A stretch of DNA of 64,000 nucleotides from Paragordius varius (Eukaryota; Animalia; Nematomorpha), in NCBI GenBank assembly GCA_964247055.1, contig OZ176053.1:11470001-11534000 (forward strand). Direction: 5' to 3'. Each line of letters starts with the position of its first letter. The stretch's first letter is position 1. The translations under genes and the position numbers were made by a program. Positions 1 to 13,292 of this stretch are shown here, piece after piece. The notes beneath the pieces were generated by a model. The model was not told where the DNA came from and searched no databases. It saw nothing but the letters and a program-made list of their open reading frames with translations.

Positions 1-1208
1 ACTCATATATTTCCTCATTATATGTATGATGTTCTTTTCAAGCCTAAAGTTTTTATCTTGATCCCATATGGATAATGTATTAATGGCTCTTTTCTTATTT
101 GAATTTATTACAAATCCATTCAATATACCATGTTTCGTAATGCATTGTTTTGATCCCGAACGAACAGAGCATACCAAAAACTCGGAACCAGAACCGAATT
201 ATATTAATAAATGACCTGTGCGGTTTTTGATATCACAATAAGATTGAGTTAATTTCTTTTCAAATCTCGATACTACTTTGAATATATCCTACATCAAGTA
301 ATGGTCGTCTAAATTTTAGAATTTTTATCCATGAATCTATTTATTATACAAATCTTAATCATTATTAGTTATTTATTCATATCAATTTGTTCTTCATTTT
401 ATCTAACAATATTAAATAAATTGCATGAGGGAATTTGTGTCTTTGAACCCCCAATCCTTTAGCTAATAACGAGAAAAAAATAGCATATTTTATAAACTAC
501 GCTAACTCAATTGTGAACAATCATAAAATATTTATGGAGCGTATATATATATATATTTACAAATTGTATGAATATATTGATTTATTACAGATCATTAAAT
601 TGCAGCCAGGGATGCATATATATACTATATGCAATATTCAGCACATTAAAAAATGGTATATAAAATATTTTTTTAACAATATTAGGTATGTTAAATCAAT
701 TACCGCTAAATGTTATTTTATCCATGGTTAAAACTTTAGCCATAAAAATAAGATATATATTTTGCTAGTTCATAAATGTTTGCATATAATGTTGTTACTT
801 TTGTTGATATGAATGAATCATTTTAAACAAAATTTAATTGAACATTTTTATAAAACGTTTTTAGCACTAGTCATTTATGATTTATGCAAAATTATTTATA
901 CATTACATTATCATATGGAAGAATGAATATCTTGACCTCATTTTCCATTTTTTTTTAATTTTTCGTATCTTTGCATGTTTGGAGGGAAATGATTTTTGCC
1001 TTTTTCCTATATGTAGGTAGAGGAATATTACAAGTGTTAAAATATTCAAAGGATTATGCCGCACTAATTACTTTGGAAATTTTTATCTAAACATAATTAT
1101 TATTGGGAAGCGAATCTTATATTCTACAGTATATTCACTAAATATTCGGCTGTATTTAAAGAAAAGCTAGCGTTAATAGTTCTAGACTATCATACGCTTT
1201 GGATTTTA

Positions 1209-1364
1209 CAGTATGCAGTTTAATGGTTGCTTATTTCGCTCTATAATTGGACAAGTTGCAACGCAGTATTGTATGGTTTGTTCAACATTTTGTCGTTTTT
1301 TTCATTACACTATTGTGTTTTGCCCAAATATATAGCGAAATAAGCGATCATTAAAATGCATACG
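1209..1364. mobile_element. Tc1/mariner-type MITE, family T1, copy 1
   Basis: Imperfect TIRs cagtatgcagtttaatggttgcttatttcgct / agcgaaataagcgatcattaaaatgcatacg. TA precedes the left end. Homologous to 20381-20549. Confidence 0.7.
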
Positions 1365-2640
1365 AGAAGTCCTTAATTTTATATGACTGTTAGTACCCAC
1401 CCAAAGTTAAGCCAAATCATTTATTTTCTAAAATTTGTAGGAAATAAATTTTATTTAATAAAATATTTTTGAAACAAAAAAGTTAAAATCTACTGAAAAA
1501 GCTTGATGCGAATATCTATGTAGTTCACCTCTAATTGGGATTATTACAGGTGGGGAGGGGTATAAAAAGATTTTTCCTTTTTGGTACTTAAATAAATTAT
1601 AAAAAGACCTAAACATTCAATAATAGCATAAAAAAGTTGCAATAAAATGCCTTAATTATGATTAACTCTTTTTAGAACCAAAAAAAAGTTTTTAAATTTG
1701 TAATATAAGGCAATACAATGACCCCCTTCCACTTCTTATTTACCATTCCACAACTTTTTGGAAAGGTACGGTTTGAAATTTAAAAATAGCATCTTTTCTA
1801 AATATTTAAGCTAAAGGCTCTTGGTATTTATTAAAAGTTGAGTATTTATATACATTTATGTAATTGAAATTTAAAATACTTGCTAACTTTATTGGCAAAA
1901 TTATCCGAAGTATTTAAACTAAACTCTCAATTTTTTCTTAATGCCTGCTAGGATTTATTTAAACGAATATTCAGTAAAAAAATAAAACGTATGATTTCTC
2001 GTTAATTAACAAGAGTATTAACGTTTTTATATAATATGTAAAAAACGTTTTCAAGGTAAAATTCATTATTTAATTGTTGTTATTATTGATTTTTATTGCA
2101 TAATAATTTTGTATGTCCATTTCCGCGTAATTTTATACCTTTTATATCAATGAGTTTGCTTTTATTTTTAAAATGGCCAAAAAATGTTATGGAAAAAGCA
2201 TGATTTAGAGTGAAATTATTAAAATAATTATATAGCATGAATTTTGTTTCATAATTATATCTTTTTTTCTTTTAAATGTGCGCTCGCGCACGATCGATAA
2301 ATATTGATTATGCATGCGAGTTTAAAACATTACAAATGATTTAATCTTCTAATTATTATTGTTATTGTTTAGAAAATAATTTTTTTATCCAAAGGCAAAA
2401 TAATAAAAAATTTTGACATAATTTCGAAATTTACGCTTTATTTATATATAAACACCCTTAAAACATTTCTAGAACAACAGTTTTTTAAAATATTATTGAG
2501 ACTTTTCTTATACGTCAAAAGTGATTTTTTCATGTAGTTTCCATAAATGGTATTCATTCCATTTTACGCGGAGTTAGTTTTTTTGGTTGACCTCTAAAAA
2601 TGAAAATATATATTTATGTACAACAAGTTCCTTATACAGT

Positions 2641-2804
2641 AGCGTATGGCATAAAACATTATTAGTCCATAAAAGAAAAAGAATGTTTTTTTTAAAAAAG
2701 TAAGCCTAGTTATATGTACACATATATCCATATTATCCCCTTGTTTTTTTGTTAAAAAATTTTTTTATTCTCCTATGGACTAATATTGTTTTATGCCATA
2801 CGCT
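2641..2804. mobile_element. MITE family A, copy 1 (superfamily uncertain)
   Basis: ~30-bp TIRs agcgtatggcataaaacattattagtccat / atggactaatattgttttatgccatacgct. A second copy lies at 8336-8472. Confidence 0.75.
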
Positions 2805-4929
2805 AATGTATATATTTTCTTTTATCTTACCAACTACTAAAAGTTACATACATATGTTTACCATCTATTTTTTTCGTTTAGAGGTAGTAAAATTAAATGT
2901 TGGTCCTTCACATTTTGGTAACTGAGATACTATGCCTCACAGATAATTTTAAGATTAAATTAAGGGGTTACACACCATTTACAATATAAAAAAAATCTTG
3001 TATATCTTATATATGTAAAAACAGTTATCACAAACTTTGAAATTCTTTTAATAAAGGTCAAAATATGAATTTAAAAATACATCCACAGAAACTTGATTGA
3101 ATATATTAGAGTCAGTATTTCCTTAGATTATTTTTAAATTACAATTATTTTCATATCAATTAAAACCGGTTCTGCTTTGACACGATCTAAGCAATTCATA
3201 CGCTTCAATATATACTTTAAGATAATTGTCAATTTTTAAGTCTTTAATTAACTTTTTGAAATAAAATTGATAATTTAGATCTTTAAAACATGTTTCTGAC
3301 TCTTCAAAAGTATTTTAAATTTTATGAAATAAATGTTAATAGGAAACGGTAGTGGCAAATAAATAAGGCTCTTAAAGGATCAGAATTAGTGCTGGCATAT
3401 GTAAATTTAATCTATTTAGCTAAATAACGAAAAAAGCTAAATTTATTTTAAGTACTTTTTAGAATGAAATTTGACGCAAACGCTCTGAAAATATAGTTTA
3501 AATATTATTATATATCCTGACCTGTCTTTTAATTTATTTATTTATTTGTACACAAATGCAAAAATAATTATAAAATTTGATATTGCAATCCTTTATTTTG
3601 ATATTGCGCGCAATATTCTTCTAGTATTTAGTATTGTTTTGTTGATAATGAAATAAATATAAAATTACATAATCAACAATTCATTTCGATTTGTAATTTG
3701 ACACTGTGAGTGAATATACCAAGTTTTTACCTTAGATATTATGTGCGATTTTTATGTTACAAATACCTAAATTTTCTATTATTATTGAACAGGTCTTTGG
3801 AATAGTTTTTTAGAGAAAAAATAGAAATAAAGTCTATTTTGATTCTAATTACGGCGCCCTTTATTTTGTTTCTAACTATAAAGTATAATTTTTGACCGTA
3901 TTGATCTGTGTATGTAGCCTTGAATGCTTTTATATTTTAGAGATATGTATATATATATAAATATATATATATATATGTATAAAATATGAAATGACCAGTC
4001 AAATTAAAAGGCCATATATGTATCACAAGATTTTGACATTTTGCTTGTGCAAAAATTATATTCATGGACGCTACGCCACGCTAAAACAGAATTAATAACC
4101 ATTTTTTACTTATGGTTAAAATCTAATAGGATAGTTATATTTAGAATACAACCCTAGTTTTTAAGATTGGTAGGTTGTTTTGTATTATAATATCAAAAAA
4201 CGTAGCTTGTTAAAAAAGTATGGTATCTTATTTTAAAACAAATCAATAAATAAAAAATATTTTGTATATTTAATGAAACCAATTTTAATTTTGGAGATTT
4301 AAAAGCCTGCCTTGACTAATTTTTGGTCGCAGATAGTTTTGTTTACGATAGTTATAAAAATAATTCATATTCTTTAAAATGATTAATATGTTATTTAAGG
4401 AAAGTTAGTTGGAACATCTATTAATATCCAATTATAATGATTTATTTGTGGTAAATTGTTTGAAAATTTTATATACGCCCATTTTTAAGTAAGGACTTTT
4501 AAATTGAAAAATAGATCACCCACCTATTTAAAGGATTATTAAACCTAATATTGTTTTTACATTCAAAATTCTCATGTTTGATAATTAAATATTTTATAGC
4601 CATCTAACCCTTAAACCATATTTATGGGTCTGTGTCTACTAACTATCAAATAATTATTTTTTCAAAAAAAAGTTGATATGTAATTTAAATTTCACTTAAA
4701 AGCAGGAAGTTAAAATGCTTTATTCTCAGAGATTTAGTACTGTGCTAGGTAATCTATTTCTCTGAATTTAAAATCATTCACTCTGTTAAATTAGAATTTT
4801 TGAGAATATACACGATGCACATCTTTATTTCTCAAAAAGCTTAACAGGTAAAAAATATTTTTTTCGAATATTGTTAAAAAATATCTTGAAGCGTATGCGC
4901 TGTAATGATAATCACATATAGATAAATAA

Positions 4930-4934
<5 letters not shown>

Positions 4935-4977
<43 letters not shown>
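4935..4977. repeat. (AT)n microsatellite
   Basis: Perfect AT run. Shorter (AT)n runs also occur at ~3947, 8160, 10963, 20610, 35955 and 54660. Confidence 0.95.
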
Positions 4978-4979
<2 letters not shown>

Positions 4980-7963
4980 CAATTTTCTCTTTCATAAACT
5001 TTAAGACCTACATTTTTTTCTAATAAAACTACAACAAACAAAACATATTTGAAATCGAAAAAAAATTGAAATTGAATTATTTTATACAACAAATAAATGA
5101 ATATCTTTGAGTATAAGAAATCTATGCAAAAGTATCAGTATTTTCAGGTATCCTACATATTACGAAAACGTTTTAAATCCAACAAATTTATACATTTTTA
5201 GCAATCTACAACTATTTTCTAATCATATATGTGTTTTTTTATAGGTTTGTTTTGAAAATATACGGAAAAAATTAACTTTTTATGTTTTTGTCTTTGTGAT
5301 TGCTCTCCTACGACCTTCGCACAATTTATATCTATCTTTCTATCCTATCTATCTAATATGTTTTGAAATTTTGTAAATTACATGTATATATAGATATTTG
5401 TTTGTTTTGATTCGTGTATTTTTTCAAAATATATAATTTATTTTTCCCAGTTTAAATAATACTAATCTAACTTTTAAGATATTTCAAAGTTAAGAAGTTT
5501 ATAATAAACAATCAATAAATCAGGGTTAGGCTTTTATAAAAAAATATTCTTTGCAAAACAAATTATTGTTTGCACACAGGTTGTTTAAATTAATCCTTAT
5601 TAAAAAGTTATTTATAAATTTTATTATAATAATAAGAATATTGATTGTTAATTTTGTCTTGCAAAATCATTGTGTATACATTTAGATTTTCGCAGGCGTA
5701 AGGTATAAAATAGTTTCTCATTGTTCCCGCTATTTTATAATTTTATGGTAGATTTTTTAAAACTAATAATATTAATTAAAGTTGTCAGATTTTTCTTGAT
5801 ATGTATAATTTTTAATAAATAAAATTTAGAGCAAGGGGTGTCCAACATAAATGGCTTCAACCGCATTTTGTTAAAATATATATGGGCATTTATAAAAAAA
5901 TTATTAAATTTTAAGCATTAAAATTGGAAATACAAAAACTATGTGGCATTTTTTTCTAGTTCTTGGTCATTGGATAAACAATTATTTAAAAAATTGTCTG
6001 AATATCAATTTCAATAACATTTTGTTAGCATATTGCTATATATTACAAATTTGCGTTCCCAACTTTTAGATTATCAAATTTATATCATATTTAAATTGTA
6101 TTGTATCTTAATATAGGTGTTGAGATACTGACAACACACTCACCACACGTATAAAATATCGACACAAAAAAGTTAAATGTAAATGGACGCTTATCTCAAA
6201 GGAGTATGAGATATTTTTGAAAAAAAATCATTATTAAAATCTATACAACACACCACATATTTGGATATTATAAATTGATTGATATTTTTTTTAAATCAAT
6301 TAATTCCGGACATTTTTATCTTCGTTTTGTGCTTCTGATATTGAAAAGGTCATTCTGACGACATATTTATAGTATAAGCACAAAAAAAATATTTTTTAGC
6401 AAAGGCAAGCAGGCAGGCAGGAACAAAGAAAAAGCTTCTACTATTAAAATAAAATCGACAAAATCATTGCTATAAAAATTATATTGGTGGTTTAATTTAT
6501 TTATTCTCTTTGAAGGAGACTAAATTCGTTAAACAACACAACAACCATCTAAACAGATTGCATCAATTATTTTACTATTGTGTACACTCTCCCATATACA
6601 TAGTATGTACTATGTACCATGGCTATAATTTAAGGCACATGATTTAATATATTACAATAGCAACAATAAATAGAGATAATTAGATTTAATTGACAAAGAA
6701 AAAAAGTGATTATGTATAAATAGCCATCCTACCTATCTATCTACCTACCGTTTCCTGAATATGACATCCTTAATATTATTAAACACACAAAAAAACACGA
6801 TTCTTTACATCTATTCCCAGTATTTACTACTTGCTATAACTGTTGGGTTAACAGTTGATTGAAGATCAAACATACAGACCATTATATTTGGATATATGAA
6901 AAAAATATAAATCAATTCTAACATTTTAAACGCGACATTGCTGGAAAATATTCAGCTATATCACCTCCAATGTTGGATGTTTTATTCTACTCGAAAATTA
7001 TTCCATTAAAAATCAATCTATTCTTAAAACAAGGAAATCTTAGCACACAAAAAGCCTATTAATTTACTAATTCATGGAGAATCGAATTTACCTTATCCTT
7101 TTCTGACACATACGCTCTTAAAGTAAAATATTTTATGTTAGTATCTATAAATGATTTAATTTTGGTAATTGTATTTTGTGATTTCCATATCGGGTTTCAT
7201 AACATAAGGAAATTACTACTAAACCAATACTTACGAAAATAATTTATTTGTTCTTTTTCTCAAAAAATTGTTGCCGTTTAGCCTGATTATTATTAAACTT
7301 TTCGATAAATTTTATCCATTTAGCCTTTTTGTTTCTTAATGGATGTAATTTTTTAGGTTTTATACTTGTCTTTAATTTTAAAATAAAAAATCATTAAAAC
7401 ATCAATTAAATTTTAAACATGCATTTTGCCATAATTAGATGCTAAATTAATCATTTTTTTATGTTTGAAATAATAATGATTGCGGTCGAATCCTAAAACC
7501 ATATGCATGTTGTCATTGACAAATGATTAAAATATATATCACGGTTTTTTTGTCAAAACATATTTACCACCTGATAAACATGTGTTAAATATCTGGTTGA
7601 TTTCTAAAACCGTTTTTGCAATCACCGGTCATAACTGCATTTATTAATACATTCATAAGCAGTCGAACACACTATGTTTCATAGAAATTTCTATTTTGCT
7701 TTTTTCATAAATGTATCAGAATGGATATTACATAAATATTTTTACTGAAAACACACAAATTATAATATCAAGTATTTGATAGAGGAACAAATATATTCGA
7801 TTTAAATTTTAATGATTTCACATTTAACATGTATGCCCCACCCATATCTGTATATTTTCTTATTATTGAACACACTTTTAGGGCAGCCACTCTTTTTTTT
7901 GCTACCAACAAATTGAATTTATCCAAATAAGGCAAAACACATATATATCATCAACAAGCAAGT

Positions 7964-10900
7964 ATGGTCAAAACATTTCAAGCTTATCTTGAAGGCTGTC
8001 ACAGGACTTACAGCTGTATTCATTGTCGAGCACATTTAGCCAATCATGATGAACTCATATCTAAGGTAGGTTTCATCTTTTTTATTTCAATGTGTTTTTA
8101 CCTGCTGTATTTATGGGGGGGGGGGAGGTTCATTATACTGTTATAATGTTGATTTGCTTTATATATATATATATATACACATATGTATAATATAATGGAT
8201 TTCCCCTATTAAATTATATTTATTACGAATGATATTTGCAATGCGTATGTATGATTGAAAAGACCTCTGAAAGTATAAATACATTTTCCGATTTCATTTA
8301 AAGGGTTATTATATTAGATAAAAATCATTTACAGTTGCGTATTAGTCCATAAAAGAATAAAAAGATGTTTTTTAAAAAAATAAGGAGATATTATGGATAA
8401 CTAGGGTTGTTTTTTTTTAAAAAAACATTTTTTTATTCTTTGATGGACTAATAATGTTTTATGCCATACGCTCTTGTATTAGATTAAATTTGTTTTAAAT
8501 GAATTACTGATATTTAATTATATCATTTTCAGAAATATGTAAATGCTTTTTTTTCTTTATACTTTTAGTCATTTCAAGGGAGCCAGGGGAGAGCTTACCT
8601 TTTCAATTCTGTGTAAGTATTTTAAAGTTTTTTTTTCTTTATTTAAGATTTTAATATATATTTCCCACTATACAAGATAGTTTGCTTTGAAAACGCAGAT
8701 TAAAAAAGCATATTCATTATTATCCATTTAATTTGACATAATTATCACATCATTATATCGTATAGTATGGTTATTGTAATGATATAAATTGTGATTGTTT
8801 CTATCAGAAAGGAGGTTTTGAAATCTAATAGTAAGATTTTCCAATTCAAATTATATTACTTAATCTCTCACATTACCTTTTCTCTCTTTATATTTCTTTT
8901 ATCCTGATTGATTGATAAATGTTCATTATATCCACATTATACGTAATGAACATTGGAAAATCTACTCTTATATTATGTTTAAAAAAATTGTATATAATCC
9001 ACTTATGTATATGTATAAGGATCATTTTAAAGTTTAAATGTGTTGCAAATGCACACCACTTATGATTCAAAAAAAGGATATGATTTTATCTATTGTCAAA
9101 CAAAGAGAGGATAATAAAAGATGAGTAGTTAGTTTAGTACCTTTTAAGCAGTACTACCTTTGATAAAATTTCATATTTTTTTACCTGGTCGCAAGCAAAA
9201 ACAGAGAGCTTTGACATAATTGTGTTTGCGTTTGTCTAGCCTCTTTTACAATCTATTCCAATCTAATATAATTGTTGTAATATAACTAATTTTTCGATAC
9301 CATCTTTTTTCAATACATCCATCCATCCATTCATATAGTATATATATATTTTATTTTGTGACACTTGAATGTTAAATTGAATAAGTAAGGTTATGTATGA
9401 CATTACTATTTGAAGCCATGAACCATTTTCATTGTTTTGTCGTTATGTATCGATATCGTTGTTTTGGGAGATCATTTATAAAATATTCATTATTTATGAA
9501 AAAAAAACTATATAAAAATTACACAATTACTCTCTCTGTGTTTTCCCACTTTATATAAGGGAGCGGCGGCACTAATAATTGCGATTCTGGTCCCACGAAA
9601 GCCTAAATACCCGCTGCTACATAAAAAATTGAGTGGGTTCTCTCTCTTCACATATATAGATGCATTAATTTGATGATGTCATGGAATTAAATTTGCCAAA
9701 TAGCTTTTTGTTTAAATTATTAATAAAATATATATATTATTAATAAAGAATTTAAATTTTAATGAAGGATAAAAATTATTACCCAATATATCGTACATAC
9801 CATTTACAGTTAAATTTCACCCTTGAACAATTCCAATTCACCCTCGAGCAATTCAAATTCACCCTTGAACAATTCAAAATCACTCTAAAAATAAATTATA
9901 TGTTTGCAATAACTCATTATTAATATCAAATATATCTTTATGGCATAGTTTATTATTTTTTCAGTATTATCATAATTTAAAACAAAATTTTATTTTTTAA
10001 AAATATATAAAAATATAGGTAATTTTTAATCTTAAAAAACGTATAATTTATTTGAAAGTGAATTTGAATTGTTCGAGGGTGAATTTGAAATGTTCAAGAG
10101 TGAATTTGAATTGTAAATGGTATATGTGATCATAATATGTAAGTATCTTAATCATCTAGAAAATTCATATGTCTTATCTAAAATTACCCTTATAGTTGAG
10201 TCATTTATAATCTTAAAACAAAGAGTATCATCCTTAAAAACGGTCGATAAAGTATTTTCTTGTCTAACGTGCAACTTTAAAACATTCCTAAAATTTAGAC
10301 ATCTGTAATTAAGGGTAATATTCCCCTTCCGAAAAAACCTTATCAGCTTCTAATTAAAGTATTTGTATTTACCATTTTCCTTCGCCTCTAAGTAAAACAA
10401 TAATACTAACAGTAAACTAAGCGTCACATCACACTATTTATTTGTCTCAAGCGGACATTTCCCTTATTATTTAATGCCTGATGTGCGCAGATAAATTATT
10501 TTATTTATTAATATAGGAAAGTTTTTTTAATTTGTTTCATTTTCGTGTGTTTTTACACAGGATTTTAAAATGATGTTAAAATTTAATTTTTCATATTTAT
10601 AAATTAATATTTTGTTGTGCCAATGGTCAAAAAGAATATTTTCGTAAGAGAATATTGAAATCTGGATATGGAAAGTTGTTAATTGGATATTGATTTTTTT
10701 TTCATATATATTATTATCCTTGATTTTATTTATTGTTGTATACATACAAAATTATGGCTAGCTAAACTAAGCATTCCCCCTTCTTTGCCATTGCCATTTA
10801 TTGTTTGTCGTTAAACACATATATTTTTAGCTATCAAAATGATTAAATAATTCTGAAAGCGTAGAATTGTTAGATGTCACGAAAATCTTTACACTACACT

Positions 10901-13292
10901 ATACATCTGGAATATATTTAACCTTGATAAACTGTTCTGTTGACAATCGCGCCTATCTTGCTATATATATATATATATATATAATATTATAAAGGAGATT
11001 TCTTAAAACTAATATTTTGTTGAAATAATTTGATTTTTTTCTGATTTTTATCAGGGTAAATGTTGGGTGCGGACCGGCTGAGGAAAGGGTGCTCCTTACC
11101 GGACTTCATGCTGTGGCTGACATCTTCTGTGAATGCTGCAAAACTACGTTAGGATGGAAATATGTAAACCATTTTTAATTTTTTAAACCTTTTTTTTGAT
11201 TTTGTATAATGAGTTATTGTTATACTAAAATTTTCTTTGAATTTTGATTATTTGACTTGAAATATTACTAAAAAATTATTTTGACACTGCCCCAAAAGAC
11301 CCATTTTTTTAAATTTTATTATGTCAGTCAGTAAGTTTTATGAAAAAACGTAAGAACAATTTTTTAACTTTTTATGCAAAAAAACCTTTATACTTTATAG
11401 TAGTCGTTTTATTCTGTAAAAACTATTGATTTTTTAGTCCTTGCAAGCTTAATAAATGTAAATTTTTCACACTAATATAACTTACAGAACAACACTGTGA
11501 TTTAAATTGATCCTTTTTTTTCTTTTATATAAGCAAGTTTTAAGCGTGACAATTGATGACACGTATTGTAAAATAACCTTTTCCATCAAATAAATCATCA
11601 TTGAACAATCCATCTAATCTTGCTTTAATTTGACGTGTGACCTTTTTAAACAATTGATACTTTAATATTTGATATAATTAAATTAAATATAATTAATCAC
11701 AAAATGTATTAACGGGTTTTATTAGCATTTTTTCTTGTATATTGAAACTCTAATTTACATTTTGTTAGATGTATGTGTTAAAGCAATTAAATAATGATTG
11801 AAATATCGAATTATAATTGTTTGCGATTATAAATGGAAATTTACATAAAAATTTTTTAATGTGACTCCAACAATTTGCCTTGATTTACAGTAAAAACTCG
11901 ATTCATACGGACAAAACGTAAAAATAAAGGGCAAATATTTATCGTTTTGGGTGAAGACGAAATAAGGAATAGAGGGGTTTAAATGTAAATTTATATATTA
12001 GAGTCAATTTCAACCTATTACATTTGTAATTATTATTATTATATGTGGAAAATATCATGGTTTAAAAAAAATTTTTGTTTAAAAAATATTTCTCTTTTAG
12101 CTTTTTACATTTTTTGTCTGTACAATTTCCATTTTTACATATTTTTGGGAACATACTAAAAGTGGTGTATTTTATATATTGTGTAGTTTTTTAAAAAATA
12201 TATTTTTTAAGCAATTGACTTATTTTTTTGAATCATATGAATATACGAACCCGCACAGTGGTTATAAATACCTCATTTTACCATAAAAATATGTAATCCC
12301 CCCAAAAAAAGAAATAGAAATATTTAAATGTTAGTAATTTTTAGTTTTCTTGCGAAGCACTAATTACAAAAAAGGCCTTAATTTTTTTGGAATTTCGATT
12401 TGAAATACTGTTAATATAACATTTAACAATATAAAAATACTAAAAGTGGAAAAACACAATAAGTATTAACAGAGAATTGACATTGGTCCCCAAAACACCT
12501 GATATATGTTCAAATATAATTTGCTACATATAAAAGACCAGATTTTATTATCAGAATGTGAGATTTTTAGTCTGTATATATTATGGGTTTTGACGGTATT
12601 CTTCATCAACTAATATTAATATCTAATTTTTTATTGGTTATTTGATAATTTACTCGACACATTAGATATATATATATTTGAAAAAAATTATTTCGAAACA
12701 TTATTTAATAGCTATGATCTCATAGGAATTTCAAAACGGTGCATTCATACTAATATATTGTTTACTTGGGCGAAAAATAGATTAAAAAAATTATTTTTGT
12801 GGACTTAATTTTTTTGAAAGAAATAGCACTTTACGTGGGAAGCGGGTAAAAAGAGGGCTTAAATTGAAAAAGCGAGCCGACTATGTTTCGCGCAATCGAA
12901 AATATGTAAAAAAAATCATATTGGAAATCGAATGGTCCGTTTTCCGGAAAATTGTCTCAAAGACACAATTTTTGTGGACTTTTCTTCAAAAGAACCGTTT
13001 TTTACACGGGGTGGGCCCGTACTGGGGACCTAATTCAAAAAGGGCGAAGCTATTGTCGGGGCATTCATTAGTGATTATATTTTTTCGACATTTGGATTTG
13101 AATGGGTCTACCGGTTTTCCGGAAACAGATCACAAAGCCAGCATTTTCCATTTTTATAAATATATAGATTGCAATATATTTTTTTTGTTTGTATCATTTT
13201 AGGAGCACGCCTTCGAATCTAGCCAGAAATACAAAGAAGGCAAATACATAATTGAACTTGCACACATGATAAAAGACAATGGCTGGCTGTAA
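7964..13292 (+). CDS. YPEL: Yippee-like protein (YPEL1-4 type), 114 aa; exons 7964-8065, 8569-8612, 11055-11163, 13203-13292
   Basis: Spliced translation [114 protein letters not shown]. It has both CxxC zinc-binding pairs of the Yippee domain. All introns are GT-AG with compatible phases (0,2,0). Confidence 0.97.
8336..8472. mobile_element. MITE family A, copy 2, left end deleted (YPEL intron 1)
   Basis: Shares attagtccataaaag...ggactaataatgttttatgccatacgct with 2641-2804. Confidence 0.7.
9798..10122. mobile_element. MITE family B with subterminal 21-bp tandem repeats, copy 1 (YPEL intron 2)
   Basis: Ends taccatttaca / tgtaaatggta. Each arm holds about three copies of aaattcacccttgaacaattc in inverted orientation. 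Confidence 0.8.
11888..11945. mobile_element. Single arm of Tc1/mariner-type MITE family T2
   Basis: tacagtaaaaactcgattcatacggacaaaacgtaaaaataaagggcaaatattt matches the TIR at 57829-57880. Confidence 0.55.
12765..13168 (-). mobile_element. 5' fragment of the Helitron family seen at 60564-62573 (YPEL intron 3)
   Basis: ~400 bp colinear with 62213-62573. It ends at the same A|TCTATATAT 5' terminus on the minus strand. No 3' CTAG end found. Confidence 0.75.

Noticed and set aside
3601-3616. Perfect 16-bp palindrome ATATTGCGCGCAATAT (and small hairpins near 2278 and 59765)
   Set aside because: Isolated and short, with no associated element ends; plausible by chance.
4791-5092. ORFs containing IYIYIY runs (also 513-731 and 54575-54766)
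   Set aside because: These are translations of (AT)n microsatellites and low-complexity DNA.
9816-9890. Regular 21-bp repeats considered as a CRISPR-like array
   Set aside because: There are no unique spacers, the context is eukaryotic, and they are subterminal repeats of MITE family B.
12864-13202. 112-aa ORF in YPEL intron 3
   Set aside because: It lies inside the Helitron fragment, has a non-ATG start, and the frame is not conserved in the homologous copy near 62280-62570.
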